Assembly (NCBI RefSeq): GCF_006345805.1
Contig: NC_042997.1
Coordinates: forward strand, 191,084,001 to 191,148,000
Source: Octopus sinensis
Taxonomy: Eukaryota
Length of the DNA: 64,000 nucleotides
Reading direction: 5' to 3'
Shown here: piece by piece, positions 37,836 to 51,300 of the stretch
How positions within the stretch are numbered: the first letter of the stretch is position 1
Layout of the letters: every line of letters begins with the position of its first letter
Program-made: the position numbers and the translations under genes
The notes under the pieces: generated by a model
What the model saw: the letters and a program-made list of their open reading frames with translations, nothing else
Databases searched by the model: none
What the model was told of the DNA's origin: nothing

Positions 37836-38932
37836 ATTATTGTCCCTATTTCAGATATATAAAGAAACTTGCAATCTTTCCCATGTGCTCTCTGTGCAAT
37901 ATTTGTAATATAAAATGGCAAGATATCAAATGCCAAAATCTTTGGAAAATGTGATGTCCAGTATTAAAACCATGCTACTGTAAATTCAGTGCAGGCAGGT
38001 AAGACATGTTGATCACATTCCAAAAATTCTTTTGTGTGGCCACCAAGTAGAGGGACAGTGGGGTATGAGAAGACCCATTCTTAGATATAAGGACAAGCTG
38101 AAGCAATTACTAAAGTCTCTACAGCTTAATTTGACATCATGGGAAAGTCATTGTCTGGATCAATCTGCATGGTGCAAAATGTGTCTTGAAGTAATTTGAG
38201 TTGAAGAAACAGGATAATAAAAGAATTGTATCCTGCAATCAAAAGACCCATTTGTCCAACCCCAGACAAAATCAAAATCATCACTGTCACCAGATTTCAT
38301 AGCAAAATCCATACCGGGACTCAAAATTACATTTATGCATCCATCACAAATAGATGCAGCTTCTTTTATTTTGCGTTTTTAAAGTTTTTTTTTTAAAAAT
38401 TTTGTCACACTTTAAAAAAAAATCTTCTCTTTCAAACACTCATGTCAAAATCGATGGGAGTGACTATCACTATTATTTGAACCCTGGAAACTAAAGTTTG
38501 ACTGCAATTAAGAATAGTCAAACAAATGCCAGCATGGCCAAAAATGGATATGTCAGCACCATGATTTTAGAGTCTGACATCTTAGCAGTTATTGGACAGA
38601 CAACACAAACTGTTTCAACTAAGTTATGATGACATGGGAGTGGAGGAAGAAACATTCACTGATCAGATAATTTAAATTTTATACATCATGTCAACATAAT
38701 GATTACAATGATGACACATCATATGGAATAGTGAAATACTGTCGATAACAGAATATCAAACGTGATGAGATTAAGCACCACTATAGTGACAATTTTAAAA
38801 TTAGCAAATGTTGTGTGTGAGAGAGAGAGTGTGTGTGTGTGTGTATGTATGCATGGGTGTGAATATGTGTGTGAATGCATGTCTTCGTTTGTGTGTGTGT
38901 ATGTATGTATGTATGTATGTATGTGTATATAT

Positions 38933-38982
<50 letters not shown>

Positions 38983-40241
38983 CACATACATACATATTTT
39001 GCTGGAAGGATCATGTCAGAAAATAAACAATTTTATTTTCACTTTCCAACATGTCAATATTTTTTTTAAAAACTCATACATATTTCAAATTAATTAAATG
39101 ATTAATTTGTTTCTGACTTGATTTAAAACTAGAGTTTTGTGATTTTTAAATAAAAAAAAAAAAAAGGAATTAAAAAAATATCCGTTTGCTGAGAACCAAC
39201 ATTTCGCAGCTTTTTTAAAAAATATATATACATAATTATCTCCCTTGAATTTGTCGTTCGCACCTTGGTTTGCTTCTTGGATATGTGAAGAAAATAAAAA
39301 CGCATCATTTCATATAATACTGCTCTTAATGAAAACATGCCAATCAAATGTCTGTTACATTTCAATTAACATTTTGCCTACCCAAGCCTGTTTCGCGAAA
39401 TTTCTTTTGCACCAATGGTCTAATTTTGTTATAAATTATGCATTTAAAAATTTTTCCTAACCATATATATATGTTCTAGTTCGCTAAATAAAGTACCGTA
39501 TTGATTCACAGCATAGCTATTACCAGTAACTCCTGTGATACAGAACAAATATTATATTCATTTAGAACTGCAGGAGTCAGTAGTGATACATGCTGGAAAG
39601 TGTTAAAATATCTATTATACCTCTGTTTATAGATTTTTCTTTTCATTTATTTTTTTCTACAAATTATATTTCAGACATTATATTATATAAACTTTAATGG
39701 CTTCTGTTGCACAAAAGTTATTTTATGAAGGACAATGGTTCCAGTGATGGCAATGACAGTAAATCGCATCCTTCTTACCTGGTCCCATCTCGGCTTTCTT
39801 TTGATTCAAATTGCAAAGCATCTGAGAAATACAAAGTAATGTGTCCGTCCTGTATACTTCCCAAAATTTGAATATTATAGTTTGAACCACAGTAATGAGA
39901 GGCACCATAAAAAAAAAAGACAAAAATATCATCCCTGGGAGTCACCAGCAACTCCCACGGTACATTAAGAACATTGCATGGGAAATCACCAGTGACTCCC
40001 ATGGTAGGCAAAGAGTCAAAACATAAAAGGGAGAATCAAAATTCCTTGTTTTGTGACAAATACAGATTTGATGATTATCCCTTTCTGACGTTTATGAAAT
40101 GATAGGTGAAAAAGGGCAAAGAGGACCCTTACAATAATTCATTTTTGGCCTGAGATCTCATACTTGCAAATGATGGTGATTGGAATGGAAGAAATTTAGT
40201 TTCAGCAAAAGTTTAGTTTGTTTTCCAGGCAGCCAAGCCCT

Positions 40242-40381
40242 TCATATTAATCGTTCTGTGGGAGGCAGTTTCCAAACATTACCAAGCTCAACACGAGTTC
40301 CTGACATTTCCTGTCGACTTGGACTGTATGTTCCACTTGTAGCTCTCTTTTTGCGAGTTGTGATTAAGAAATAAGTAACAG
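40242..40381 (-). CDS. crb: Crumbs homologue, terminal exon: end of TM plus 37-aa cytoplasmic tail
   Basis: TTTTCAG acceptor, phase 1. AVTYFLITT then [37 protein letters not shown]-stop. The FERM-binding GTY motif and PDZ-binding ERLI are diagnostic of Crumbs. Confidence 0.97.
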
Positions 40382-40647
40382 CTGAAAATGTAAAGAAAAT
40401 AATGTAACTTAATTCAACAGACAAAAGCAATAAAGTTTTGTTAAATAATCAATAATATTCAAATATTTACATAAAATATCAATAACATTTCAAATTCGAT
40501 CAGTTCAAATATTAATTTTTGGCTAGTAAAAGATTTGGTTAAAAAGAAAGTTGACCACTGAACTAATGATCCACAATATGTTGATAAAAAAAAAGGTATG
40601 AAAGGAGTGAATCAAAGTAAGCATAATTATAATCTAATTGTAAGAAT

Positions 40648-40704
40648 GATGTGAACACTTCTGATGAGAACGCAATAAGGTTCGAAAAATCAAGGTTATT
40701 CATC
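40648..40704 (+). ncRNA. Decayed minimal hammerhead ribozyme
   Basis: CUGAUGA at 40661-40667, perfect stem II GAAC/GUUC with an 8-nt loop, GAAA, a very short stem III region, and a bulged stem I (AACACUU/AAGGUU, GAUG/CAUC). Confidence 0.55.
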
Positions 40705-41906
40705 ATTTTTTACAGAGGTCCGCTTCTACTGAGCACTTACTCTGGATATATGACCTTCATACTTGCGTATCCATCCGATGGCTTGCTAAAGTTTGTAGTA
40801 ATACATGGGATGTACACAAGTCAAATTTGACTTCTTTTTTTTATACAATAATTTCATTATTTATAAATCTCTGAACGAGGTATAAACAGTAACTACACGA
40901 CAATGTGAGGTATATTTGCCATCTCAATATGGCTAACCACTAAGGGTGGAACACCCACCGTTAGTGGTTAACCTCACATTTTCATTATTATTATTTTAAA
41001 TCTAATTAAACATAGCATAATGGAATATTCACAATACTAAAAGCTAAAAGATTTCAAATTGCAGGCACTCCTCCAAATCAATCATCCAATATGTTTAGTT
41101 CTATAATCTGATTGAAAACCGATATGTATAAAATGTGATCTTCACGTTAAAAAAAGTGAAAAAGAGAAACTGCTAGAGGTTCCTTATATCCCCTGTGTAA
41201 CTGAATCAAATTTTCCCACCTCACCTTCAATGTGGACCCTACAATATTCAATGTAATAAACAAAGAAGAAAATTTCTACAATTAAAAAGACATACTTAGT
41301 AATATGAAAAAAAAGTAATTTACTAAATGACTAATTCTGGTCTAAGAAGACGAGGGGAGATATGAATAGTAAGATTGTTATGAACAGTAAGGTGCATGGC
41401 TTAGTGGTTAGGGGATTTGGCTCACAATCATAAGGTTATGAGTTCAGTTCCTGGTGCCGTGTTGTGTCCTTGAGCAAGACACTTTATTTCATGTTTCTCC
41501 AATTCACTCAGCTAGCAAAAATAAGTTGTACCTGTAATTCAAAAGGCCAGTCTTGTCACATTTCGTGTCATGTTTAATTTCCTTGAGAACAACATAAATG
41601 GTACGTGTCCATGGGGTGCTCAGCCACTTTCATGTTAATTTCCTTTGATTGGTTCAACTACAACACTCACCATCATAACCAGTCAAGTGCCAGTATAACA
41701 ATAAAACTGATTCATTGAGGAGAACCAATTAGGCTGGAACATACCTGGATTTGTCACCGAACTGCTTAAGATCAGATTACTCACCACTGCATTTAATTTT
41801 CATCTCCCCTACCTTTTCAACTTAATTTAGTCATTCAGAAAATCACTGTTCTCATCACTACTGGTTTAATTACAATTAATACTTCTCAGTTTAACACATC
41901 GATATA

Positions 41907-42126
41907 TGAGGGGTTGCTGAAAAGTTCCTGGCTTTAAGGGTATTGCAAAAGGCCTATTTGGAGGCCCAACGCTTCCGAGTTCTTTTACAGAGCTTAGGAA
42001 AACTGAAGAACTGCTGCAATAAGTGTATGAAATCTGAGAGGGGAATATGTTGAATAGAATCATAATTAACTGATTCTCCTGTATTTTCTTTTACCCAAAG
42101 CCAGGAAATTCTCAGCACCCCATTGT
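41907..42126. mobile_element. Mariner-derived MITE (~220 bp)
   Basis: TIR GAGGGGTTGCTGAAAAGTTCCTGGCTTT with its decayed complement. Second copy in the opposite orientation at about 62332-62542. Confidence 0.75.
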
Positions 42127-43332
42127 ACTAGCACCCATTTAACTATATAGTTTCACAAGGAAGATATCTTTGGGCATTTTTTGCCAGCTTCTTTTATAGT
42201 AAGTTATGTGTTGATAATTTGGGATTACTATCTCTTCAAGGTTTCACAAAATTTATCAAATTTACATCAAAGGAGAAACAGTATGATTTAAGGCAAAGTG
42301 CTGCTGTGGTTGAGTCAAGAAACAATGGGATTTTGTGGTGAAAATATGTCAAAATGTAACCCATATTCTTCAGGAAAGCAACCTTTCTAATTAGTATTGC
42401 AGTTGCTGTGTTAGATATACCTACCACTTACTCCTGGTGTACCCATAACCAAGATACTACATTCTCACTGGCTTGATTTACCTAGCTACAAGTAAGCACA
42501 ATGATTGTATGATTAACGAGTATTTTGTTAGATTGCAGTGTTAGGTTCCTGAAACAAGAAAATAAACCCAGCAAAAGAGCCAAACTCAAGACCTAAGTTT
42601 GATTCTTTTATTGGATTCAGTCTTGAAATCTGATTCATGCTGATTGGTTAAGTGGTAGTGTAGTGGCATGAAAAAAACAAAGCATCCACTACACTCCGTA
42701 AAATGAATTAGGAAAGGCACCCAGCTGTAGAAAAAAATGCCAATGATGGAACTGGAGCTCAACACAGCCCTGTAGATCACTAGTTCCCTGTTAAATCCTA
42801 ACCATGCCAGCATGGAAAGCAGACTTTAAATGATGATGATGATGAGAGAGAGAAAGGACCCTGTGTAAGTATGTTATATATAATGAGATTAAATTAATAT
42901 ACAAAATTAAGTAATATTCTAAGTTTTAATAAAAATACTTAGAAACCGATTAATTCTAGAAATAATTGTTAGTTACAAGATTTTTATAGTTTAGTGTGAT
43001 TTGAGTGGTTAGGTGAAGTGAATATCTTAAAATACATCTGGTCACCACTGTTTTATGACACCATTATTTAGCTTTGAAGAAACCTGTTTCTGTCCATCAT
43101 ACTTTAGCCTTTTAACACCAAGCATAAAGCCAGCTACCTTTCTACTTACCCCCACTAACTTGAGGGGGCTTTTTAGTCTTGCAAGTTATATGGCAACCTC
43201 ATTTGTGATGGTGCCATGAAAAAAGTATTCATTATACTTTAAAAAGTGGTTGCTGTTAGAAAGGGTATCCAGCTACAGAAGCCATGCCAAAACAGACATT
43301 GGAGCATGATGCAGCCCACAGACCAACTAGAT

Positions 43333-43526
43333 CAGGGGTGGGCAAACTACGGCCCGCGGGCCGCATGCGGCCCGCCGAGAGCTTTTATGAATCCCAACTT
43401 CTATGCAGATACTTCGTAACTGTACGGTAATTCACAATATTTTCACTTGATTTTTATAAATGAGGCCCGCCAAGATTCCAAAGACGCACTGTGCGGCCCA
43501 CGATCAAAAAAGTTTGCCCACCCCTG
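43333..43526. mobile_element. hAT (Charlie-like) MITE, 194 bp
   Basis: Perfect 16-bp TIR CAGGGGTGGGCAAACT and perfect 8-bp TSD AACTAGAT. Inserted into an RTE-tail repeat. Confidence 0.93.
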
Positions 43527-43783
43527 AACTAGATAATGCCAAACAATCCAACCCAAACCAGTACAGAAGATGGTCAGTAAATGATGGTAATGATTATGAG
43601 AGATTTTGAAGTGTAAGTTATACTGTATGTAATTAATCTGATTTTGACATTTATGTATTCAGAAATCTGAAACCTGAGAATAACTGCTGGAGTTTGATAT
43701 TAAATGGGTTTTTGAGTCAAAACTAAACAGAAATGTTTATACAGAAGTAATGGGAAATTTTAAATTCATAACCAATGTAGCCA

Positions 43784-43840
<57 letters not shown>

Positions 43841-43843
<3 letters not shown>

Positions 43844-43990
43844 CGTTTTTGGATTTGGTTTGCAAGATTCTTTATATGAGTTCGTGTGTTGAAGCTTATT
43901 CTGTTGTGTCTGGGAAGAGTCATTTTCTATTTGTGCCTTATAATTTAACACACTCACCGGTAAAATTTTTACTTTTTTCTTATTTTGAAA
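43841..43990 (+). repeat. Unclassified dispersed repeat flanked by (TA)n
   Basis: Reverse-complement copy at about 50385-50530. Confidence 0.75.
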
Positions 43991-44329
43991 ACAGAATATA
44001 TATATATATATATATATATATAATGTATATGTCATCATATAGCATTCACTGTTCCATGCTGACATGGGTTGGACAGATTTTGTTGATGCCCATTCTCTCA
44101 TCAACCCTATCTGTTTTGAAACAGAGTAATAATTCCTCAAGGTGTAACATGTTTTCCATAGTAAACTAGAATCAAACAATATCACTTGTACGACAGCAAT
44201 ACTCATTTACAATCATCACATGATGTCAAAACAAGGACACACATAAACACACACTGGTACTCGCACACAAACATGTACACTTACAGAAATATCTTTTTAT
44301 CTATCTATCATACTATGCATATGTATCAT

Positions 44330-45374
44330 CTTTATTATTATCCAGTGTTTTAAATCCAGGTTTAGTCCCCTCCACCTTTTCCACAGTCTATCTTGCTTTT
44401 GCATTCCATTTACCTCGAACACAATCACCCTCCTCAGAACATGCTCCTCAACACATGCCCATACCACCTCGCTCCATTCGCCCTTGCCAACCATTCCACC
44501 AATTACTCCAAAACCCAGCATTTCCATTAAATCCTCAGTCCTCCTCTTATCAAAAAGCTTCACTCCACACATTTCTCTCACCATTGCTCTCTCGATCCTT
44601 CTCAAAATTACCATCTCTCTCTCCTTCAGAAACCATGTCTCACTCCCATACATCATTACAGCTCTCTACACAATTCTTACAGACCCTTCCTTTCATCTTT
44701 AATGTGAACCTTTTCCCATATAACAATGCTCCATTTTCCCTGAACTTCACCCAGCCAAGTCTCGCTCTTACTGCCACAGCTGCTTCACATCCACCACTTA
44801 CATCCACCCTATCTCCCAAATAACAAAACCCTCTCACTGTTTCCACTTCGTCACATAGCATTTTCACTGGTTCTGCCAGCCCTCCAGCTCCTTTCTCACA
44901 TCTTCCACAAACAAACTCTCTCACCAGTCTTGGGGTCAAATTCATTTTTGTACATCTATCATGAACCCTTTTCTCACATCTCGTACACAACACCGCATTT
45001 GCCATTACCCTCCTCCTACCATACTAACACTTCTTCCACCCTACTCACCATCACCTTTGTCTTCCCAAGCTTTACCTACAAACCCAAGCTTTCAAATGCC
45101 TCCTATTTCCAAAACTTCTTCCTCAATCCCTCCATCGTCTCACTTATCAGAATAAGCTCATCTGCATACAGTATCTCCATTATCAATCTCTCTCTTGCAC
45201 TCTCCATCATCACCTCAACCACTATTGCAAACAACAATAGTGACAACACACATCCCTGATGCACACCAACTTTCATATCGCAAACTCCGCCTCATACAAA
45301 CTCATCACTGCCTTCACTATTACCTCTAGTACACCTCTCTTCCTCAATGACCACTCAATCCACCCTATCTCCCA

Positions 45375-45375
<1 letters not shown>
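44330..45375 (-). mobile_element. Degenerate RTE LINE ORF2 (RT domain to C-terminus)
   Basis: VLSLLLFAIVVE...ILYADELILIS...KTKVMV; FCYLGDRVDVSGGCEAAVAVRARLGWVKFRE; MMYGSETW. Multiple stops and frameshifts. Confidence 0.88.
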
Positions 45376-45414
<39 letters not shown>

Positions 45415-45916
45415 ATATTAGGGAGTATAACTCCAAACTTACAGGGAAAAATTCAAATTAGTATTAAATCAGATTTCACAATATAAATATATGATATATA
45501 AATTAGAGATAAAACCACTATTATGCAATTCAAACAGTGATAGACATAAACCAATACATAAATAACAAATAAAATATAGTTTTATAAAACAGATAACTAG
45601 ATCTCAAAAAGTATAAATTAAACGTACATAGTTTTTTTTATTATACTTTTTGAGATCTAGTTATATGTTTTATAAAAATATATTTTATTTGTTATTTATG
45701 TTTTGATTTATGTCTATCATTGTTTGAATTGCATAATAGTGGTTTTTATCTCTAATTTATATAATATTATATTATATTATATATATATGTATATGGGTTA
45801 ACATCAGGAAGGGCATCTAGCTGTAAAAGCCATGCCAAAACAGACATGCCAGTTCCTGTCAAGCCATCCAGCCCACGCCAGCATGGAGAAGTGATTTTAA
45901 ATGATGATGATGATAC

Positions 45917-45962
<46 letters not shown>

Positions 45963-46197
45963 GCAGAAATTAGAGTAGCTTAAGGACTGAGGTAAGTGCC
46001 AATTTACGAAATTCTCAAAACATATATGTGGCTGTGTGGTATGAAGCTTGCTTCCAACCACATAATCCAGGTTCAGTCCGGCTACGTGGCACCTTGGGTA
46101 AGTGTCTATTGCTATAGCCTCAGGCTGACCAAAGCCTTGTGAGTGGATTTGGTAGACGGAAACTGAAAGAAGTCCATCGTGTGTATGTATGTATATA

Positions 46198-46251
<54 letters not shown>

Positions 46252-46609
46252 GGTGAGAGAGTTGGTGTGTGAAAGCACGTGGTTGGATATATAAAAAAAT
46301 AGAAAAGAGTGAAAAAACTACAGAAAGCTTGTTTTATAAGGTTAAAGAATATATTTAAGTTGTTATGTTAGAAAAATGTTAGAAAATTTTGTGTATAGTA
46401 ACATAGTTTTTGGAGAAATAACCAGTTTCATGTAAACTTTTCAAATTTCTTTACCTACATCATGTCTTGAAAAGTTTACACGAAACCGGTTATTTCTCCA
46501 AAAATTATGTTACTATACACAAAATTTTCTAACATTTTTCTAACATAACGACTTAAATATATTCTTCAACTTTATAAAACAAGCTTTCTGTAGTTTTTTC
46601 ACTCTTTTC

Positions 46610-46641
<32 letters not shown>

Positions 46642-49600
46642 TTATTCTTTTACTCTTTTACTTGTTTCAGTCATTTGACTGCAGCCATGCTGAAGCACCG
46701 CCTTTAGTCAAGCAAATCAACCCTGGGACTTATACTTTGTAAGTCTAGTACATATTCTATCGGTCTCTTTTGCCAGACTGCTAAATTACGGGGACATAAA
46801 CACACCAGCATTGGTTGTCAAGCAATGCTAGGGGGACAAACACAGACATACAAACATACACACATACATATATATATATATACAACGGACTTCTATAATA
46901 ATAATAATAAAACATTGTGTACAGTGCTCAGGTGCACTACAACTCATCTAAAGTGTATGTATAGTATATAGGGTAATGTACAAGCGTCAGGAAAAGAACA
47001 GTGCATGAGTCATGACATACACAACAGTGCATGAGTCATGACATACACAGTTTCCATCTACCAAATCCACTAACAAGGCTTGGGTCGGCCCGAGGCTATA
47101 GTAGAAGACACTTGCCTAAGATGCCATGTAGTGGGACTGAACCCAGAACCATGTGGTTGGTAAGCAAGCTACTTACCACACAGCCACTCCTGTGCATATA
47201 TATGTGTGTGTGTGTGTATGTTTTTACATCCCTGTAACTTAGCAGTTCAGTAAAAGAGACCGATAGAATAAGCACCAGGCTTACAACGAATAAGTGCAGG
47301 GGTAGATTTCTTTGACTAAAAGGCAGTGCTACAGCATGGCCACAACCAGATGACTGAAACAAGTGAAAGAATATATGTGTAGTGAATGATATTTTAGGTC
47401 AAATAACAGAGAAAAAACTAGTAGTGAACTGTGAACAGAAGTTCAGTGCTGTAACAGTGCATGTGACCCCAGTTTTAATAAGAAACTGCAGTGATAGATG
47501 AGGGAATAAAAGAATTCTGTTATTTAAGCAATGAAATTAGTGCCGAGAGTTCCAAGGGGAGTAGAAAATACCGTTTTAGGATTGGAAGTGGTTTAGATGT
47601 GAAAATTTTAGAAAACAAACCTACCTGCTGTAGAGCATCAGAAGTAAAAGTGAACAGAAAAGAAAGAGGAAGAAATGTGTTAAAACAAATTTGTAACATA
47701 ATGAATATGGCAACATCAAATATATGAAAGGAAAAAAAAACGTTATGCTCTTTTACTGGTTTCAGTCATTTGACTGTGGCCATGCTGTAGCACCGCCTTT
47801 AGTCGAGCAAATCGACCCCAGGACTTATTCTTTGTAAGCCTAGTACTTATTCTATCTGTCTCATTTGCCGAACCGCTAAGTTACAGGGACGTAAACACAC
47901 CAGCATTGGTTGTCAAGCGATGTTAGGAGGATAAGAACAGAGACACACACACACACACACATATATGTATACATATACACGACAGGCTTCTTTCAGTTTC
48001 CATCTACCAAATCCACTCACAAGGCTTTGGTCAGCCCGAGGCTATAGTAGAAGACAATTGCCCAAGGTGCCACGCAGTGAGACTGAACCTGGAACCATGC
48101 GGTTCGTAAGCAAGCTACTTAACACACAACCACTCCTACGCCTATATGTGAAAAATTATTTGAATTTTTTCACAATGTTTCCCATAGCAAAAGAAAAAAG
48201 AGAAATATAAAAATCTTTGGTGAGATTAATTACTTAGAGAATGGCTGTGTGGCATGAAGCTTGCTACCCAACCACATGGTTCTGGGTTCAGTCTCACAGC
48301 ATGGTACCCTGGACACCATTTCTTGTATTATAGCCCTTATGCCGACTAAATCCTTGTGAGTGAATTTAGTAGGTGGAAACTAAAAGAAAATCACTGTGTG
48401 TGTGTGTTACTGTATCCTTGCATTAACATCATCATCATCATCATCATCATTTAGCGTCCGTTTTCCATGCTAGCATGGGTTGGACGGTTCAACTGGGGTC
48501 TGGGGAGCCTGAAGGCTGCACCAGGCCAGTCAGAACACATGATAGTTGTAAAGGAGTGTCACCATCATACAAGCAGTGTCTATCATTCCCTGGGCATGGA
48601 TACATTGAAACTTTCCCTACTATTTTCCACTCGTTTATCTCCCCTGCTCCTTTCCCTTTGTCTCTGATTTTTCCTAATCTTCCAATCCTGCTGTCCCCCT
48701 ACCCATCTTTCCTCCTTCCACGTGACCAGTGTCCGGCCAACCATGATCTTTCTTTCTTCACCTAACTGCCGACCATCAACACGTCTGGTGTCCATCTCCC
48801 ATGTTCCAGCCTTTAGGCTTTTACTTCATACACGCCAGCTCAATTTGATTCGTTCTCAGTCAAAAGACGCCTGTTATTTCTTGTTGTTTGTATTCGTAAT
48901 TGTGTACCATGTTCTCCCTTTTTTTTTGTTTGTTTTCATCTTTGTTGCCATACACATTTGCTAGCTTTCTTGCAAAGGGGTCTAATGCTCTCGGCTTAGA
49001 CTTTTTGGGGGACAACCAGATCAAACCATCTCAAGTGTAACTGTCCAAAATGGTCGTGACTTCTGGTATTTGACTGATGAAAGAAAGCCAAGAATGACCT
49101 GTCTTTTTTTGCCTGTCCTTCTAATTGTTGTTTCTCTTGTTTGCTTTTGTGTTGTCTATCTGTACGAACGTTTTAATGTCCTCTATTGCATTTTCGTTCC
49201 ATTTTTATATATCTATATATACATGTAAATGTCAAATGATGAAAACAAGTGCTAACACCGCATTAGTGGATATAATTTCTTTATTTGTGAATTAAGGCTA
49301 CCATTGGTTTCATGTTCAGAAAAGTAAGAAAATATTGTTAAGACAATAGAATATTTTCCTACTTTTGTTAAATGGAAGCCTTAATTCACATATATATATG
49401 TGGAGGCGCAATGGCCCAGTGGTTAGGGCAGCGGACTCGCAGTCTTAGGATCGCGGTTTTGATTCCCAGACCGGGCGTTGTGTGTGTTTATTGAGCAAAA
49501 ACACCTAAAAGCTCCACGAAGTTCCGGCAGGGGATGGTGAGCCCTGCTGTACTCTTTCACCACTCTTTCTCTCTTTCTTCTGTTGGCCAACTCGCTTAGC

Positions 49601-50233
49601 CAGCTGGATGGCGTCGTTTGAAGGCTAAAACAATGTGAACGCATTGTGACCAGCGATGTGTGGCAACATCTGATGGTCTGTTATATATATAACACACCCA
49701 GACAGAAGATAAACTGTTTTTACTTCAAATTTTTATAAATTTTTACTGATATTTGATAAGATCTGATACATTGAAACTAATAATATTTTCTTTATATAAT
49801 TTTAAAAATCATTTTTATTAAATTCCCTCTTAAAATGAAATGCCTTAGATTTACTTCTGTGCTATTGTGTGTATCACTTATGTGTGTATGTGTGTGTGAG
49901 TGAAGGCATGTGGTCCAGTGATTAGAGTGTTGCACTCATGATCTAGCAATCGTGGGTTCAATTCCTGGACCGAGTGACACATTGTGTTCATGAATAAAAC
50001 ATTTTCATGTTGCTGCAGTCCACTCAGCCTTACAATCAGAGCAAATGTTGGCCTGCTCACCTTGCCAGCAAGGTGGCATCATTCAAAAGCTAAAACAATG
50101 CAAAGCACATCGTGTAAAAGCATCTGCTAGTCTGGTTGGTCCCGTGATATATATGAGCATATTTGCATGTAATAGAAAGATAAACAGACAGTTTGTAATG
50201 GATATTGTAGTAAAAAATGTTTTATGTACTTAC

Positions 50234-50309
50234 CAATGATAGCTACTAATACAAGAAGGACAACACCAATAATGATGTATATATAATACTCTGTTTCTGA
50301 ACTATTCAC
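50234..50309 (-). CDS. crb: Crumbs homologue, transmembrane exon
   Basis: TTCAG/GTAAGT boundaries, 76 nt, phase 0-1. VNSSETEYYIYIIIGVVLLVLVAII is a hydrophobic helix. Confidence 0.88.
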
Positions 50310-51059
50310 CTGAATAAAAAAGTAACAAAAGAGTCAAAACTATTGAAAAGGTTGCAAGACGCAACGAAAATTTTAGGACAATAAAAATAAGAAAAACGTG
50401 AAAATTTTACCAGTGAGTGTGTGTTACATAATAAGGCACACAAAGAAAATGACTCTCCCCAGACACAATAGAATATGCTTCAACACACGAACTCATATAA
50501 AGAATCTTGCAAACCAAATCCAAAAACAAAATATTAATCATATCTATTTCTGTTATCATAATGTTCATCATTATTGTATAATGATAGCAAATATACATGT
50601 ATAATACAAAACCACATTAAAATACAAATCCAAAACGGATGAAAGCAGAAACGGGAACAAAGAAAAAGAGAAAGAAAGAAAAATACATCAATTCAATGCT
50701 AAGTGCTTCAACTGGTCGTCACACACCACAAGGTTCAATGGAACTTACTGAAGCAAGACAACATTCAATGGAGAAGCTAAGGCATAGGAACAAACCTCAC
50801 AGGCATCACCTGACACCTGGTAAGGTGAGAAACAATGGTACTTCAAAATTCTGTAAGGACAGTTCAATGTAGCTTAGATGCATTCATCTTAAATAATCAT
50901 GGGGAGCTAAATGTTAAAACAGTTACCATTATTGAACTCACATACTTAATGTGTCTTGTTTAATTGCTTTTTGACTGCAGTAAATCCTTAAAATCCTTAA
51001 AAATGTTTCAACACGAAAGCTGCGGCCATGCTGGGGCACCACCGTTGAATAAGCTACAC

Positions 51060-51300
51060 TAGTATGTGAAACCACATCTGATACGTGGCACTTGATCAAC
51101 AAGGGAGTTCGACGCCGCTGCCCGCATCTGTGTTTCCTGCTGAGAGGTAGGTTTATCTGGAACCCCTGACAAGAAGAGATCCAGTTTAGTTTTAAAGAAA
51201 CCCACATCCACACCATGCAGGTCTCTCGGGCATTTAGGAGGAATACTGAAGAGCTGTGGTCCTCTGAAACCCAAGCTGTTGCAGTATCTGGTCCTGTATT
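51060..51300 (-). mobile_element. CR1-group LINE 3' fragment
   Basis: GFRGPQLFSIPPKCPRDLHGVDVGFFKTKLDLFLSGVPDKP...AASNSLVDQ. Confidence 0.75.

Noticed and set aside
34200-40241. A defined ~6-kb crumbs 3' UTR or overlap with the FPGS 3' end
   Set aside because: Several minus-strand AATAAA candidates exist (for example near 39650, 39035, 34570 and 34265) and sequence alone cannot choose among them; 3'-end data are needed.
50639-50872. 77-aa basic ORF with ATG
   Set aside because: No recognisable domain or splice context; purine-rich, repeat-like sequence antisense within a crumbs intron.
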